From positions 1-51,577 of the forward strand of contig CADBMO010000058.1 of assembly GCA_902795755.1 (NCBI GenBank): a stretch of 51,577 bases of DNA, read 5' to 3'. Below, piece by piece: positions 8,196 to 18,848 of the stretch (its first letter is position 1; each line of letters starts with the position of its first letter). The translations under genes were made by a program, and so were the position numbers. Under the pieces are notes generated by a model. The model was not told the DNA's origin. It made no database searches and saw only the letters and a program-made list of their open reading frames with translations. The stretch comes from an uncultured Erysipelotrichaceae bacterium. Lineage in GTDB: Bacteria > Bacillota_I > Bacilli_A > RF39 > UBA660.

Positions 8196-10802
8196 CTATT
8201 TATTATCAATATTGTAATTTTTATATACAACGTTTCTAATTTTATTAATTAAATCTTTGTTATATGTAAATGATACATTATCATTTGCATTTGTTTTAAA
8301 AAATGAATATGTTTCATTTGTTTGTGCAAGTGAAACACTTGTAGATCTAGTTATTGAATAATATAAAGATGTTGCAATTATATATTGACCATATGGTGCT
8401 GGATGTCTATTATCTTGCGCATGAAGTTGTCTTACCTGAAGTGGTGTTTTATATAAATCATACCAAGACGTCACAACTGGTGCAAATATAATCTTATCTT
8501 TCATAGCTGATTTAGTATTTATATATTCTTTAAGATCTTTTTCAAACTTCGCATATGCTTTTCGCATTATAAATTTAACTTCATCATTTGTAAATTTACT
8601 TGTAGAGTCAAGATTTAAAATGCTATTTAATTCTTCTGCTTCAAGCGTTGGTGGTATATATATAATAGTAATAACACTATTATCCTTGTCGTATATATAA
8701 TTTAGCCATTTTTTATATGAATAAAGTGCGGTCCATTTATCAGGCTCACCATTTGTTTCATATTTATAATCTTTTTCATCATCTTTTGTAAGTGTTTTTA
8801 ACTGTTTTTTAGCAGCGGCTATTCTATTTTTTGACTTTGTTGTGTTGCCCCCATTATCTATTAAATAATTATAAAATAGTTTAGTAGTTTGTTCTTGTAA
8901 AACTATATAATCAGGATTTTTATTAAATACTGCATTTAACGTTTCTTTACCATTTTTATGATTCTTACCTTTAAAAGCCTGTTCAAGTGATCTTCCGCCT
9001 TGCACAGTACTTTTTGATCCTTTATTATAATTACCTATATTGTTATTAATGTTTAAACCCTCACGTTCATAGTACTTATTAAGTATGTATAAACTTGAAT
9101 TAGCACGTATCTCATTTGGTGAATTCTTGTTAGTTAGTACGTTCCAAGTTAAACTATTACCTACAAATACCACACTAGCGGTAGGTACTATATCTACTGA
9201 ATAAACATAATTATTATTATATGTAACTTTTACAGTTATATTTGGTGTGTTTGCTTTTATTAATAATTGGCCAGTATTACTTACCGTAACGTTATTAGTG
9301 CTATCTTCAACCTTCCAATTACCAGATCTAACAATTCCGTTTTGTCTTAATTGATAACGTTTAGGCTTAGATGTACTTGAAAAGAATCTTAAATATTTGT
9401 TTACAGAACCAATACTTGATTTTACAGGTGCATTATAAACCGTATTTGATAAAATAGAATTATCACATAATGATGCACTATGATAAAACTCACATTCCTT
9501 ATTGTTTTTTATATATGTTCTGTACCCTTTATATGTTTTATTATTAATATTTGGATAATATACTTTTTTACCAATTAAATTATTAATTGGAATAGAATTA
9601 TATGTTTTATTTTTATTAATAGTATCATCATGTTGGGTAAATGAGACAAATAAATAGTCTTGTTTTGTTTTACCAATAACTTGTCCTTTATGTACCCTAT
9701 CATTTTCCTTAACTGTAATACTGCCTAAATTAGCATAAGTATGAATATAAGAATTATCTCCTATGATTGACTTTATTTGAACAATTTTACCATATGTATC
9801 CTTTTTACCTTCTGAGTTTCTAACTTTTATAACTGTCCCACTATCCATTGCATGGGCATTTACTTTTTTACTTACAGGTATTTCAACTCCGTACACACTT
9901 TTTCCATCAGAATTTTTTGTATATTTTGCCTTTGATAATCCATCTTTAGAATTCAATCTTGCATTTGTATTAGTAACAGGATTTAATAAGTACCCTGTTG
10001 AGTAATAACGTTGTGGTAAAGTTAGATTAAATGAACCAATATTGTTTGACATTTTAAAAGTTATTTTAGTAGTAGACTTACTTCTATTATTACCAACTTC
10101 AGCATCCTGACCAGTAGCTTTATATGAAAAAGCGGTTCTTTCTTTGTTTATTTTTAATACGTTTTTATTGCTAGAAGTAATAGATACTTTATCGTTTAAT
10201 CCTTTAATACTACCCTTAGGAGTTAAAATATTATAATTAGAAAACTTATATGTTCTAGTATAATTAGTAAGTGTCTCATTATTTTTAACTACATATCTGT
10301 AATAACATTTGTTGCTACCAGAAAATATTGCAATATACATGTATTTATCAAACATTATAGTATTAGTATAATAAGTTCCATTTGCTTTATAATTAGTGGT
10401 TAGTTTTTTTATTATTGCATCATTAAAGTTACCAATTAATTCTTTTTTCTTACCACCATTTATCTTATATTCTAAAGTCCTACTTGAATTATATTGTTTG
10501 GTTAATACATAAATATTTTTTAAATCATTATTAGATAAAGTTTCAACGTTAATACTTACTTTAACTCTATCAGTATAGTATGTAGTAGATGTTTTTGAAA
10601 TACTTTCAATAGTAGGAGCAACCGGGCATTTACCTTTTGGTAATTTATGTAAATTATCTAGTGTTATATCACTTTTTTGAGTAGTAGCACCTAGTAATTG
10701 GTTAAATAAACCACCATTTGCTTTAATAAAAACTAAATTACTAACAAATCCCAAAATAAATGCTATTAAAAAAGCATAGGTAATTCTTTTAAAGTAACCC
10801 AT
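8196..10802 (-). CDS. membrane-anchored multidomain cell-wall protein: degenerate LytM (M23) domain plus C-terminal SGNH-like hydrolase
   Basis: Start at the ATG at 10802 (AGGAG RBS), then a signal anchor. M23-like block YGVEIPV...DSGTVIKV...IHTYANLGSITVKENDRVHKGQVIGKT has all the usual His/Asp ligands substituted. C-terminal FVGNSLT ... DYIVLQEQT ... DNRHPAPYG matches the SGNH Ser and DxxH blocks. Confidence 0.75.
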   Translation of the reverse strand: MGYFKRITYAFLIAFILGFVSNLVFIKANGGLFNQLLGATTQKSDITLDNLHKLPKGKCPVAPTIESISKTSTTYYTDRVKVSINVETLSNNDLKNIYVLTKQYNSSRTLEYKINGGKKKELIGNFNDAIIKKLTTNYKANGTYYTNTIMFDKYMYIAIFSGSNKCYYRYVVKNNETLTNYTRTYKFSNYNILTPKGSIKGLNDKVSITSSNKNVLKINKERTAFSYKATGQDAEVGNNRSKSTTKITFKMSNNIGSFNLTLPQRYYSTGYLLNPVTNTNARLNSKDGLSKAKYTKNSDGKSVYGVEIPVSKKVNAHAMDSGTVIKVRNSEGKKDTYGKIVQIKSIIGDNSYIHTYANLGSITVKENDRVHKGQVIGKTKQDYLFVSFTQHDDTINKNKTYNSIPINNLIGKKVYYPNINNKTYKGYRTYIKNNKECEFYHSASLCDNSILSNTVYNAPVKSSIGSVNKYLRFFSSTSKPKRYQLRQNGIVRSGNWKVEDSTNNVTVSNTGQLLIKANTPNITVKVTYNNNYVYSVDIVPTASVVFVGNSLTWNVLTNKNSPNEIRANSSLYILNKYYEREGLNINNNIGNYNKGSKSTVQGGRSLEQAFKGKNHKNGKETLNAVFNKNPDYIVLQEQTTKLFYNYLIDNGGNTTKSKNRIAAAKKQLKTLTKDDEKDYKYETNGEPDKWTALYSYKKWLNYIYDKDNSVITIIYIPPTLEAEELNSILNLDSTSKFTNDEVKFIMRKAYAKFEKDLKEYINTKSAMKDKIIFAPVVTSWYDLYKTPLQVRQLHAQDNRHPAPYGQYIIATSLYYSITRSTSVSLAQTNETYSFFKTNANDNVSFTYNKDLINKIRNVVYKNYNIDNK

Positions 10803-10878
10803 GATATCACTCCTATTATATACTATAAATATAGTACACCATTTTATAATTATAGTCAATCAATTAAAAAAAGTAGCA

Positions 10879-11349
10879 TTAAGCTACTTTTAATATTTCT
10901 ATATCAAATGATCCGTTAGGCGAATCAACTGAAACGACATCTTTTTCCTTTTTACCCATTATTGCAATAGCAATAGGTGATTCATTAGAAATCTTGTTTT
11001 CAAATGGATCTGCCTCATTAGTTCCAACTATTGAGTACTCTTCTTCATCACCATCAGAAACATACTTAATAGTCACTACTGAACCAACTTTTACCTTCCC
11101 GTCATTATTATTTTCAATAATAATTGCATTTTCTAATATATATTCAATTTCTTTAATTCTAGCTTCTAATTTTCCTTGCTTTTCTCTTGCTGATGCATAT
11201 TCAGCATTTTCAGATAAATCACCAAGAGCCCTAGCTTCTTTAATAGCTTCTATTACTTCAGGACGTTCTACTTTCTTTAAGTGATCTAATTCTTCTTCTA
11301 ATTTAATAAAACCTTCACTGGTTAAATATACTTCTTTTGCTTTTGTCAT
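10879..11349 (-). CDS. greA: transcription elongation factor GreA
   Basis: 156 aa with the typical GreA coiled coil (GDLSENAEYASAREKQ) and C-terminal globular domain. Confidence 0.95.
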   Translation of the reverse strand: MTKAKEVYLTSEGFIKLEEELDHLKKVERPEVIEAIKEARALGDLSENAEYASAREKQGKLEARIKEIEYILENAIIIENNNDGKVKVGSVVTIKYVSDGDEEEYSIVGTNEADPFENKISNESPIAIAIMGKKEKDVVSVDSPNGSFDIEILKVA

Positions 11350-11408
11350 AAACTCACCTCAAAATAATTCGTATGTGCATAACATATTATCATATTTTTT
11401 ATATATTG

Positions 11409-12617
11409 TCAATCTAAAAAGTTGACACGCATTAAATCATTTTTATTTACCCTTTTTTCACAATTAATTTTAATAATTTCTCTAGGATGTCTTGCGGCAT
11501 CAAGTATATTATCATCAATATCTTTTATATATCCAACATTAAATGAATAATCTTTTCCAGATGGTGAAAAAATAGTAACTTTATCACCTGTTTTAAAGAA
11601 GTTTCTCTGCTCAATTACAGCCTCTTTTTTTAATTCATTATAATCTAATACTATTCCAAGAAAATCTTGATTAGACTCTTCTTTACGACCTTTATAATAT
11701 TGATCATTATGGTTTGGTTTAGTATTAAAAAATTGTGCCTTTACTTCTCTATTTGCACATCTATTAAGTATTATAGATGCTTTTGTGACATAATCAGTAT
11801 CAATATTTTTACTTAAATACATATCAATTAATCGCCTATAAACTGATAATATCGTTGATACGTAATATATAGATCGCATTCTTCCTTCTAGTTTTAATGA
11901 AGAAACACCAATATCAATCATGTCCTTTAAATTATCCATAAGGCATAAATCCTTAGGTGCAATTGAAAAGTTATTACCATCAGAAACAATATTTTTATCT
12001 TTATCATATAAGTTAAAATTAAATCTACATACCTGAGCACATCCACCTCTATTTGCATCCCTGTTTGTAAAATAATTAGATAATACACATCTACCTGAAA
12101 TATTTACGCACATTGCACCATGTACAAAACACTCTACTTCTAACCCTGTTTTATCTATTATGCTTTTAATATCAGATTTAGAACACTCACGAGCTAATAC
12201 TACTCTTTTTACGTTATTTTTCTTTAAGTATAATGCAGCATCACTATTAAAAGTTGAACCTTGCGTACTATAATGCAATTCTAGGTTAATATTATTATCA
12301 TTAACTATATCCATAACAAGTGGATCACTAAAAATAATAGCATCTACCTTTATTTTTTCTAACTCTTTTAGATACTCATTTATTCCATTTAAATCTTCAT
12401 TATGAAATACGATGTTTACCGCAACATATACTTTAGCATTATGATTATGCGCGTATAAAACCCCTTCTTTAATTTCTTCTATACTAAAGTTTTTAGCATT
12501 TGCTCTAAGTGAATATTTATTACCACCTAAATATACTGCATCCGCACCCCAATTAATTGCCCATTTAAGTTTTTCTAAACTTCCAGCAGGTGCTAATAAT
12601 TCGATTTTTTTATTCAT
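11409..12617 (-). CDS. trhP2: peptidase U32 family protein, YrrO/TrhP2-like (tRNA U34 hydroxylation)
   Basis: U32 signature ECFVHGAMCVNISGRCVLSNYF. Third gene of a yrrM-yrrN-yrrO-like operon next to greA, as in B. subtilis. Confidence 0.8.
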   Translation of the reverse strand: MNKKIELLAPAGSLEKLKWAINWGADAVYLGGNKYSLRANAKNFSIEEIKEGVLYAHNHNAKVYVAVNIVFHNEDLNGINEYLKELEKIKVDAIIFSDPLVMDIVNDNNINLELHYSTQGSTFNSDAALYLKKNNVKRVVLARECSKSDIKSIIDKTGLEVECFVHGAMCVNISGRCVLSNYFTNRDANRGGCAQVCRFNFNLYDKDKNIVSDGNNFSIAPKDLCLMDNLKDMIDIGVSSLKLEGRMRSIYYVSTILSVYRRLIDMYLSKNIDTDYVTKASIILNRCANREVKAQFFNTKPNHNDQYYKGRKEESNQDFLGIVLDYNELKKEAVIEQRNFFKTGDKVTIFSPSGKDYSFNVGYIKDIDDNILDAARHPREIIKINCEKRVNKNDLMRVNFLD

Positions 12618-13440
12618 AATTTTTCACCTTATATGTTGTTTTTTTATTTATAAATCCTTTTGTAGTACTTATATTATTTCTCACTTTGTAAATAAGATTT
12701 ACATCTTTTTTTACATATGCATTTACAACATCATTTATAATACTTTCATCTAATAAGTAAGTATCAATAACATAATAATCACAATTCATTTTATCTATTT
12801 CTTCAAATAAATCTAATATTTTAGATGTAAGAATATGCGTTCCAAAATACTCTTCATTAATTATGTATTCATCACCATTATTATTTTCTTTAATAAAATG
12901 AGTATTATTATCTAATTTTTTATTAAAGTAAGTCAAATAATTAGTAACAAGCTTTCTAACGGACGTTGATAAGTGTATGTGACCAAATACTTGTTTTAAT
13001 AAAATAGCACTTGTATTAGCGCGTATTTCGTTAATTTCATCCAATGTAATATCATTAGATAAAAATACACCACAATTATTATTTTGATAATGATTTATAC
13101 TTAAATATGAATTATTTAAATGTAATTGGTCAATTATTAATGGTGTTTTTAAATTATATGTTAATGCTGCTAAGTCACCAACAATTATTCCATCTAAGTT
13201 AAGCTCATCTAATTTTTTTAATGTTTCCTTATAGTTTTCTAATTCTTCTTCGTATATTACTCTGTTTAGTGATATAAAAAACGATTCATTAGGATATTTA
13301 TTAATTATTTTTTTTAGCTCATCAAGGCTAAAATATTTGTCAAAACATATAGCATAATTTTCCATACCTAAAATATATCCTAGATTATATCCAGGATATA
13401 TATTTACATCACTACTAATTTTTAATAAAAACTTACTCAT
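12610..13440 (-). CDS. trhP1: U32-related protein, YrrN/TrhP1-like
   Basis: Start at the ATG at 13440, overlapping the trmR stop (ATGAGTAA). About 276 aa. Call rests on operon position and weak U32-like similarity. Confidence 0.6.
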   Translation of the reverse strand: MSKFLLKISSDVNIYPGYNLGYILGMENYAICFDKYFSLDELKKIINKYPNESFFISLNRVIYEEELENYKETLKKLDELNLDGIIVGDLAALTYNLKTPLIIDQLHLNNSYLSINHYQNNNCGVFLSNDITLDEINEIRANTSAILLKQVFGHIHLSTSVRKLVTNYLTYFNKKLDNNTHFIKENNNGDEYIINEEYFGTHILTSKILDLFEEIDKMNCDYYVIDTYLLDESIINDVVNAYVKKDVNLIYKVRNNISTTKGFINKKTTYKVKNYE

Positions 13441-14035
13441 TATAACTCTTCTTTCTAACGGATATTGCAATTCCATCACCAACTTTAAAAAACCTAGTTT
13501 TGAATTCTTCGTTATCCTTTAAAAAATTAATATATTTTTCTAGTTTAGTTACAAGTTGTCTCAAATTTTTTGACATTACAGATTTATCACTATTAGTTAG
13601 TCCATGAAAATCAATATTATCTGTTACTATAAATCCTTTTTTAGCTAAATTTTTAGAAAATTTTTCAAAGAATTTAATATACTGACTCTTAGCAGCATCA
13701 ATGAAAATTAAATCAAATTCATCATCTATATCAACTTCTAATGCATCACATAATAATAATGTTATTCTATCTTCTAAATTAAATTCTTTAACGTTTTTAA
13801 TAGCTTGTAAGTATCTATCTTTATCACGTTCAATCGAAGTTACGGTAACACCATCATCTACCAAAGCCATATTAATAGCAGAATAACCAATAGCGGTACC
13901 TATTTCTAATATTTTTTTTACATTATTTAGCTTTATAAATTCTGTTAAAAAATTAATACCATCCTTTTCCATTATTGGAACGCCTTTTTGATCAGCATAT
14001 TTTTCCATTTTTGTAATCAAGTATTCATAATCCAT
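13433..14035 (-). CDS. trmR: SAM-dependent O-methyltransferase family 3, YrrM/TrmR-like (mo5U34 tRNA methyltransferase)
   Basis: LEIGTAIGYSA SAM motif and DLIFIDAAK. Start at the ATG at 14035 (GGTGGTGG RBS). Confidence 0.75.
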   Translation of the reverse strand: MDYEYLITKMEKYADQKGVPIMEKDGINFLTEFIKLNNVKKILEIGTAIGYSAINMALVDDGVTVTSIERDKDRYLQAIKNVKEFNLEDRITLLLCDALEVDIDDEFDLIFIDAAKSQYIKFFEKFSKNLAKKGFIVTDNIDFHGLTNSDKSVMSKNLRQLVTKLEKYINFLKDNEEFKTRFFKVGDGIAISVRKKSYNE

Positions 14036-14101
14036 AATAGCCACCACCAATTAAAAACATTATAGAATAAAATGATATAAATTGCAATATTATAATTATG
14101 A

Positions 14102-14135
14102 TTAAAAAAAGAAAAAACTAGAAAATCTAGTTTTT
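14102..14135 (-). terminator. rho-independent terminator after polC
   Basis: Minus strand AAAAACTAGA-TTT-TCTAGTTTTTTCTTTTTTT, overlapping the polC stop codon. Confidence 0.7.
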
Positions 14136-17100
14136 AAAATAGACTAAGTTGACTTGATTCCGGCATATCATCAAAGATGTTCATAGCTTTCATTCTATCA
14201 ATTAATGTTTGTGATATTTTACTTCTAATTTGTACATCTTCAATACTTAAAAACTCTGCTTTTTTTCTTTCAGATACAATGTTTTTAGCAACCGTATCAC
14301 CTAACCCATCAATTGAAGAAAATGGCGGATAAATAGAAGTTTCATCTTTTACACCCCAAATGGTTGCTTCACTATTATATAATTCAACTGGTAAAAATTT
14401 AATACCTCTAGCGGTTGCCTCAAGAGCAACTTTTAAACTTTCTAATTGACCCATTTCTTTGTTTGATGCCTCATATCCTTTATTTTGTATTTCAATAATT
14501 TTTTCTTTTATAGCATCATATCCTTTTATCATTACATCAACATCTACGTCAGTTGCTTTTGATGTAAACCATGAAGCATAAAAGTATACGGGCATATGAA
14601 CTTTATACCATGCAATTCTAAAAGCTGAAATAACATACGCTGCAGCATGTGCTTTAGGAAACATATATTTAATCTTACCACAAGAATCAATATACCAATC
14701 TGGTATACCTGCTTCTTCCATTGTCTTAACGTGCTCTTTCCAACCTTCTGGATCTTTAGAAGCCCTTCCCTTACGAACAAATTCCATTATTTTAAATGCC
14801 TTGATTGGTTTTACGCCATGATACATAAGGTAAACCATAATATCATCACGGCACCCAATTACTTCTTTAAATGGAACAATGTTTTTTTGTATTAATTCTT
14901 GAGCGTTACCTAGCCATACATCCGTACCATGAGAAAGACCCGAAATCTTTATTAGTTCGGCAAAAGTAGTTGGTTTGGTTTCACTTACCATTGAAATTGT
15001 AAATGGCGTACCAAACTCAGGGATACCTAACGTACCTGTTTTATTCATAATTTGTTCCGTAGTAACTCCAAGTGCCTTAGTAGATGTAAATATACTCATG
15101 GTATCTTTATCATCTAATGGTACTTTTGTAATATCCGTTTTAGTTAAATCTTGTATCATTCTAAGTTGAGTTGGATCAGAATGACCTAATATATCTAATT
15201 TTAACAAACATTCTTCTATTGAGTGATAATCAAAGTGAGTAGTTCTCCATGCACTATTAGGATCATCTGCTGGAAATTGAAATGGTGTAAAATCAGATAC
15301 ATCTTTATAATCTGGTACAACAACAATACCACCTGGATGTTGCCCCGTTGTTCTTTTAACACCTGTTACACCTTTTGCAAGTCTTTCTATTTCGGCAGAA
15401 CGTCTCATCATTCCATTATCCTCAAAATACCCTTTTACAAAGCCATATGCTGTTTTATCTGCAACGGTACCAATGGTACCAGCTCTATATACATTATCTT
15501 TACCAAATAACACCTTAGTATATGCATGTGCAGATGCTTGGTTTAAATCACTAAAGTTAAGATCTATATCTGGTACTTTATCTGCGTTAAATCCCAAAAA
15601 TGTTGCAAATGGCATATCTTGACCATCTTTAAATAAATCATTCCCGCAATTAGGACATTTCTTATCTGGTAAATCTATACCAGTTGAATACTCAGAACCT
15701 AATGGTCTTCCGTCTTCAAAATTAAAGATACTATGTGAACATTTAGTACATCTATAATGTGCTGGAAGTGGGTTAACCTCAGTAATTCCCATCATTGTTG
15801 CAACGAAAGATGAACCAACAGAACCACGAGACCCAACTAAATAACCATCATCATTAGAGTGCTTAACTAATCTTTGTGCAATAAGATATATAGGATCAAA
15901 TCCTCCACCTATGATTCCACCTAACTCTTTTTTAACCTTGGAATCTATCTCTGTTTCCTCAATTTTTTCTACGTCCATAAAATACTTTTTAAGTAATTTT
16001 TTTACCGAATCATAACCATTTACTAATACGTTATGTAACTTTTCAAATGTTTTTACCTTAATATCTTCATCACTATCTTTATTATTTTCTTCTTTTATAT
16101 AGTATTCACATACTTTATATACAATATTACCATATAATTCGGTTGCAATACGTTCTTCTATATTATATGGAAGTGGATTACCATACCATTGGGCTGCTTT
16201 TTCATATACTAAATTAGTTACAACAACTGGACAGTCTAAATATGATTTGCCATCATCAGATTTTATTCTTGGAGAAAAAGGTATACCATGAGTATCTGGA
16301 ATAACTTCAATTTCTTCAACCATATCAAGCATTTTATTAGTATTTTCAACCACTATTTCATATGCTAAATCATTACCTAAAAACGAAAAATCGTTTAACA
16401 TCTCAGATGTTGTTCTAAAATGTTGTGATGGTATTTCTTTTATATCTTTTTTTGCTAAAGGGTGCCTACCACCACCAGGTACTTTTTGATTCACTATTAT
16501 TTCTCTGTATATTTTATCTTCTCTTTTAAAATGATGTACATCACCAGTTGCAACAATCATCTTTCCACAATCTTTGGTTGCTGCAATTATTTTTTTAATA
16601 TGTTCTAATACTTCACTTTCATTTTTAAAGTCACTAGTTTGAATTAAATGACCATAAACTTCAGGTGGTTGAACTTCAACATAATCGTAAAAATTAATTA
16701 TGTTGTTTAATTCTTCGCCTTCTTTACTTTTTGCAAGTACAAATACTTCTGATTCATAACAACCACTACCTATTAATAAACCCTCTCTTAAGTCATTTAA
16801 AACACTTCTAAGTATTCTAGGAGTCTTGTATAAATAAGTTGTATTAGCAAGTGATATTATTTTAAATAGGTTCTTTAAACCAGTTTTATTCATAGCAATA
16901 GCATTAAAATGATATGTTCTACCAAATTTATGTATTTCATCTTTCGAAACCAATTTATCTAAATCAGATACTTTTTCATAATTTTGTGAATCTAGTTTAA
17001 CAAGCATTTTATGAAATACCTTTGCAGTTCCTTCGGCATCATAATCTGCCCTATGGTGGGCATCTTCGTCCCACTCAACATTATATCTTTTAACAAGAGC

Positions 17101-18714
17101 AGATAAACTATGCCTTGCATAACCTTGATCAAGCGTTCTAGATAATTCTAAAGTATCGATTACGGTATTAGTAAACTCGCCTAAGTTATATTTTTTCATT
17201 GCCATTTCAATAAATGACATATCAAACTTGGCATTATGTGCAACCACAGGTAAATCCCCTACCCAGTCTAAAAACTCTTTCGTAACAGTTTTTTCATCAT
17301 CACAGCCAGATACCATTGCATCAGTTATTTGGGTTAGCTCTGTAATTTTATCAGGTATATGCCTTTTAGGATCAATTAATTTATCAAATCTATCCAATAT
17401 TTCACCATTACATATTTTAACAGCACCAATTTCAATCATTTGATCATCACCAGCAGCATTAAAACCTGTAGTTTCAGTATCAAATACTACAAACGTTGAT
17501 TCTAGTAATGGTAAATCACTAGGACGAATTACAATATTTACAGTATCATCAACAAGTGTTAATTCAACACCATATAATCCTTTAAAATGTTTATTAGGAT
17601 CTTCTATACCCTTGTTATGAGATTTTATAATACCATATGCAATAGGAAAAGCTTGACAACCATTATGATCAGTTATAGCAACTCCGCGATATCCCATGTT
17701 AATTGCGTTAGAAACCAATTCACAAGTATGTTTTCCCAAATCCACCTTTGTTATACCATCCATTTGACTCATCATGGTATGAGCGTGCAATTCTACTCTT
17801 TTAACTTCAGCATCATCTGTAATAACAACATCCTTTGAAGGAATCTTAACAACGTTTCTAATATTAAGAACAAGGTCCTTAGCAAACTGATCTTGTTTTA
17901 CATAACCAGATATTCTAAACCACCCTTTACTCATAGCCTTACTAACTCTTTTAAACTCATCTTTATCGCGAGTAAAAAACTTAGCATATATACTATCTGT
18001 ATTATCACTAATTTTAAAAGTTAATATTTTAAATGCACTTTTACTTGATTCAAATTCATCAGTGCCAAAAACGTAAGCTTCTACAACAATATTATCCTCT
18101 TCAGTAATAATGTCTTTAATTCTCGTAATATTACCTTTTGGTTCATCACCCAAAATTATAGGCGATTCTTCTTTTTTTACATCAGTTTTAGCAATAGCCT
18201 TTTCTTTTTCTAACTCTTTTCTAACGTCAAGAGTGTTTTCTAAATTGATTTTTGTATTTATTTTAATATCACTATAACCTAGTTTTTTATAAAAAGAGAT
18301 AATACTTTCTTTAGCCTTATTAAAGATATTTTCTTCTGCAACATTATCAACTTCTACTTGTAATGTATTATCTATTACTTCTATTTTTTTGTTTTTAAAT
18401 AATAGTTTCATTGGTTTAGTTAAACTACTATTATCAATAGCAACTACGTAAGAATCAATACAAGTATTATAATCAACATCTTCAATAATATAATCAGCAC
18501 GAACTGATGATAAGTTGGGAAAACCATTATTAATAATTTTTTCTATATAATTTATAATTTCAAATGAAAGTGGTTTATCAATAGATATTACAAAAACTGC
18601 ATTTTTTCTAGATGCATCAAGTTTTAATTTGATAATTTTACCATTTGCAAATGAATCATAGTATCCTTCAGGTAATTTGATTTTATCTAAAAAAAGTTTT
18701 AATTTATCATCCAT
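14134..18714 (-). CDS. polC: DNA polymerase III PolC-type (Gram-positive replicative polymerase with built-in 3'-5' exonuclease)
   Basis: 1526 aa. DEDD exonuclease motif FVVFDTETTG, Cys4 zinc module (CTKCSH...CPNCG), GSRGSVGSSFVA and PDIDLNF polymerase motifs. Confidence 0.97.
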   Translation of the reverse strand: MDDKLKLFLDKIKLPEGYYDSFANGKIIKLKLDASRKNAVFVISIDKPLSFEIINYIEKIINNGFPNLSSVRADYIIEDVDYNTCIDSYVVAIDNSSLTKPMKLLFKNKKIEVIDNTLQVEVDNVAEENIFNKAKESIISFYKKLGYSDIKINTKINLENTLDVRKELEKEKAIAKTDVKKEESPIILGDEPKGNITRIKDIITEEDNIVVEAYVFGTDEFESSKSAFKILTFKISDNTDSIYAKFFTRDKDEFKRVSKAMSKGWFRISGYVKQDQFAKDLVLNIRNVVKIPSKDVVITDDAEVKRVELHAHTMMSQMDGITKVDLGKHTCELVSNAINMGYRGVAITDHNGCQAFPIAYGIIKSHNKGIEDPNKHFKGLYGVELTLVDDTVNIVIRPSDLPLLESTFVVFDTETTGFNAAGDDQMIEIGAVKICNGEILDRFDKLIDPKRHIPDKITELTQITDAMVSGCDDEKTVTKEFLDWVGDLPVVAHNAKFDMSFIEMAMKKYNLGEFTNTVIDTLELSRTLDQGYARHSLSALVKRYNVEWDEDAHHRADYDAEGTAKVFHKMLVKLDSQNYEKVSDLDKLVSKDEIHKFGRTYHFNAIAMNKTGLKNLFKIISLANTTYLYKTPRILRSVLNDLREGLLIGSGCYESEVFVLAKSKEGEELNNIINFYDYVEVQPPEVYGHLIQTSDFKNESEVLEHIKKIIAATKDCGKMIVATGDVHHFKREDKIYREIIVNQKVPGGGRHPLAKKDIKEIPSQHFRTTSEMLNDFSFLGNDLAYEIVVENTNKMLDMVEEIEVIPDTHGIPFSPRIKSDDGKSYLDCPVVVTNLVYEKAAQWYGNPLPYNIEERIATELYGNIVYKVCEYYIKEENNKDSDEDIKVKTFEKLHNVLVNGYDSVKKLLKKYFMDVEKIEETEIDSKVKKELGGIIGGGFDPIYLIAQRLVKHSNDDGYLVGSRGSVGSSFVATMMGITEVNPLPAHYRCTKCSHSIFNFEDGRPLGSEYSTGIDLPDKKCPNCGNDLFKDGQDMPFATFLGFNADKVPDIDLNFSDLNQASAHAYTKVLFGKDNVYRAGTIGTVADKTAYGFVKGYFEDNGMMRRSAEIERLAKGVTGVKRTTGQHPGGIVVVPDYKDVSDFTPFQFPADDPNSAWRTTHFDYHSIEECLLKLDILGHSDPTQLRMIQDLTKTDITKVPLDDKDTMSIFTSTKALGVTTEQIMNKTGTLGIPEFGTPFTISMVSETKPTTFAELIKISGLSHGTDVWLGNAQELIQKNIVPFKEVIGCRDDIMVYLMYHGVKPIKAFKIMEFVRKGRASKDPEGWKEHVKTMEEAGIPDWYIDSCGKIKYMFPKAHAAAYVISAFRIAWYKVHMPVYFYASWFTSKATDVDVDVMIKGYDAIKEKIIEIQNKGYEASNKEMGQLESLKVALEATARGIKFLPVELYNSEATIWGVKDETSIYPPFSSIDGLGDTVAKNIVSERKKAEFLSIEDVQIRSKISQTLIDRMKAMNIFDDMPESSQLSLF

Positions 18715-18796
18715 AATACCACCCTACTTCGTAATATTTATTATAACATTTATACCTATTAATTAAAATATAAAATACCAATTTTTTTAAAATAAT

Positions 18797-18832
18797 TAAA
18801 AACGAATAGTTGTTATTAACTATCCGTTTTTA
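18797..18832 (-). terminator. rho-independent terminator after the giant pilin gene
   Basis: Minus strand ACGGATAGTT-AATAAC-AACTATTCGT followed by TTTTAATTATTTT. Confidence 0.65.
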
Positions 18833-18848
18833 ATATATATATCATTTT

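Noticed and set aside
14544-17838. Seven short ORFs inside polC: alternate-frame 14544..14780 and antisense 14647..14895, 14975..15169, 15223..15510, 17228..17443, 17587..17838.
   Set aside because: All are nested in a 1526-aa ORF with unambiguous PolC motifs. None has an RBS or a recognisable domain. The same reasoning applies to the other antisense track ORFs at 960..1190, 6559..6774, 6796..7095, 10994..11284, 13701..13886, 20149..20391, 20481..20726, 21328..21516, 24867..25181, 27587..27817, 28461..28646, 29518..29811, 29884..30066, 31043..31282, 31993..32229, 33949..34233, 36162..36356, 36520..36750, 37680..38135, 39874..40083, 41634..41876, 43938..44720, 44887..45264 and 48835..49065.
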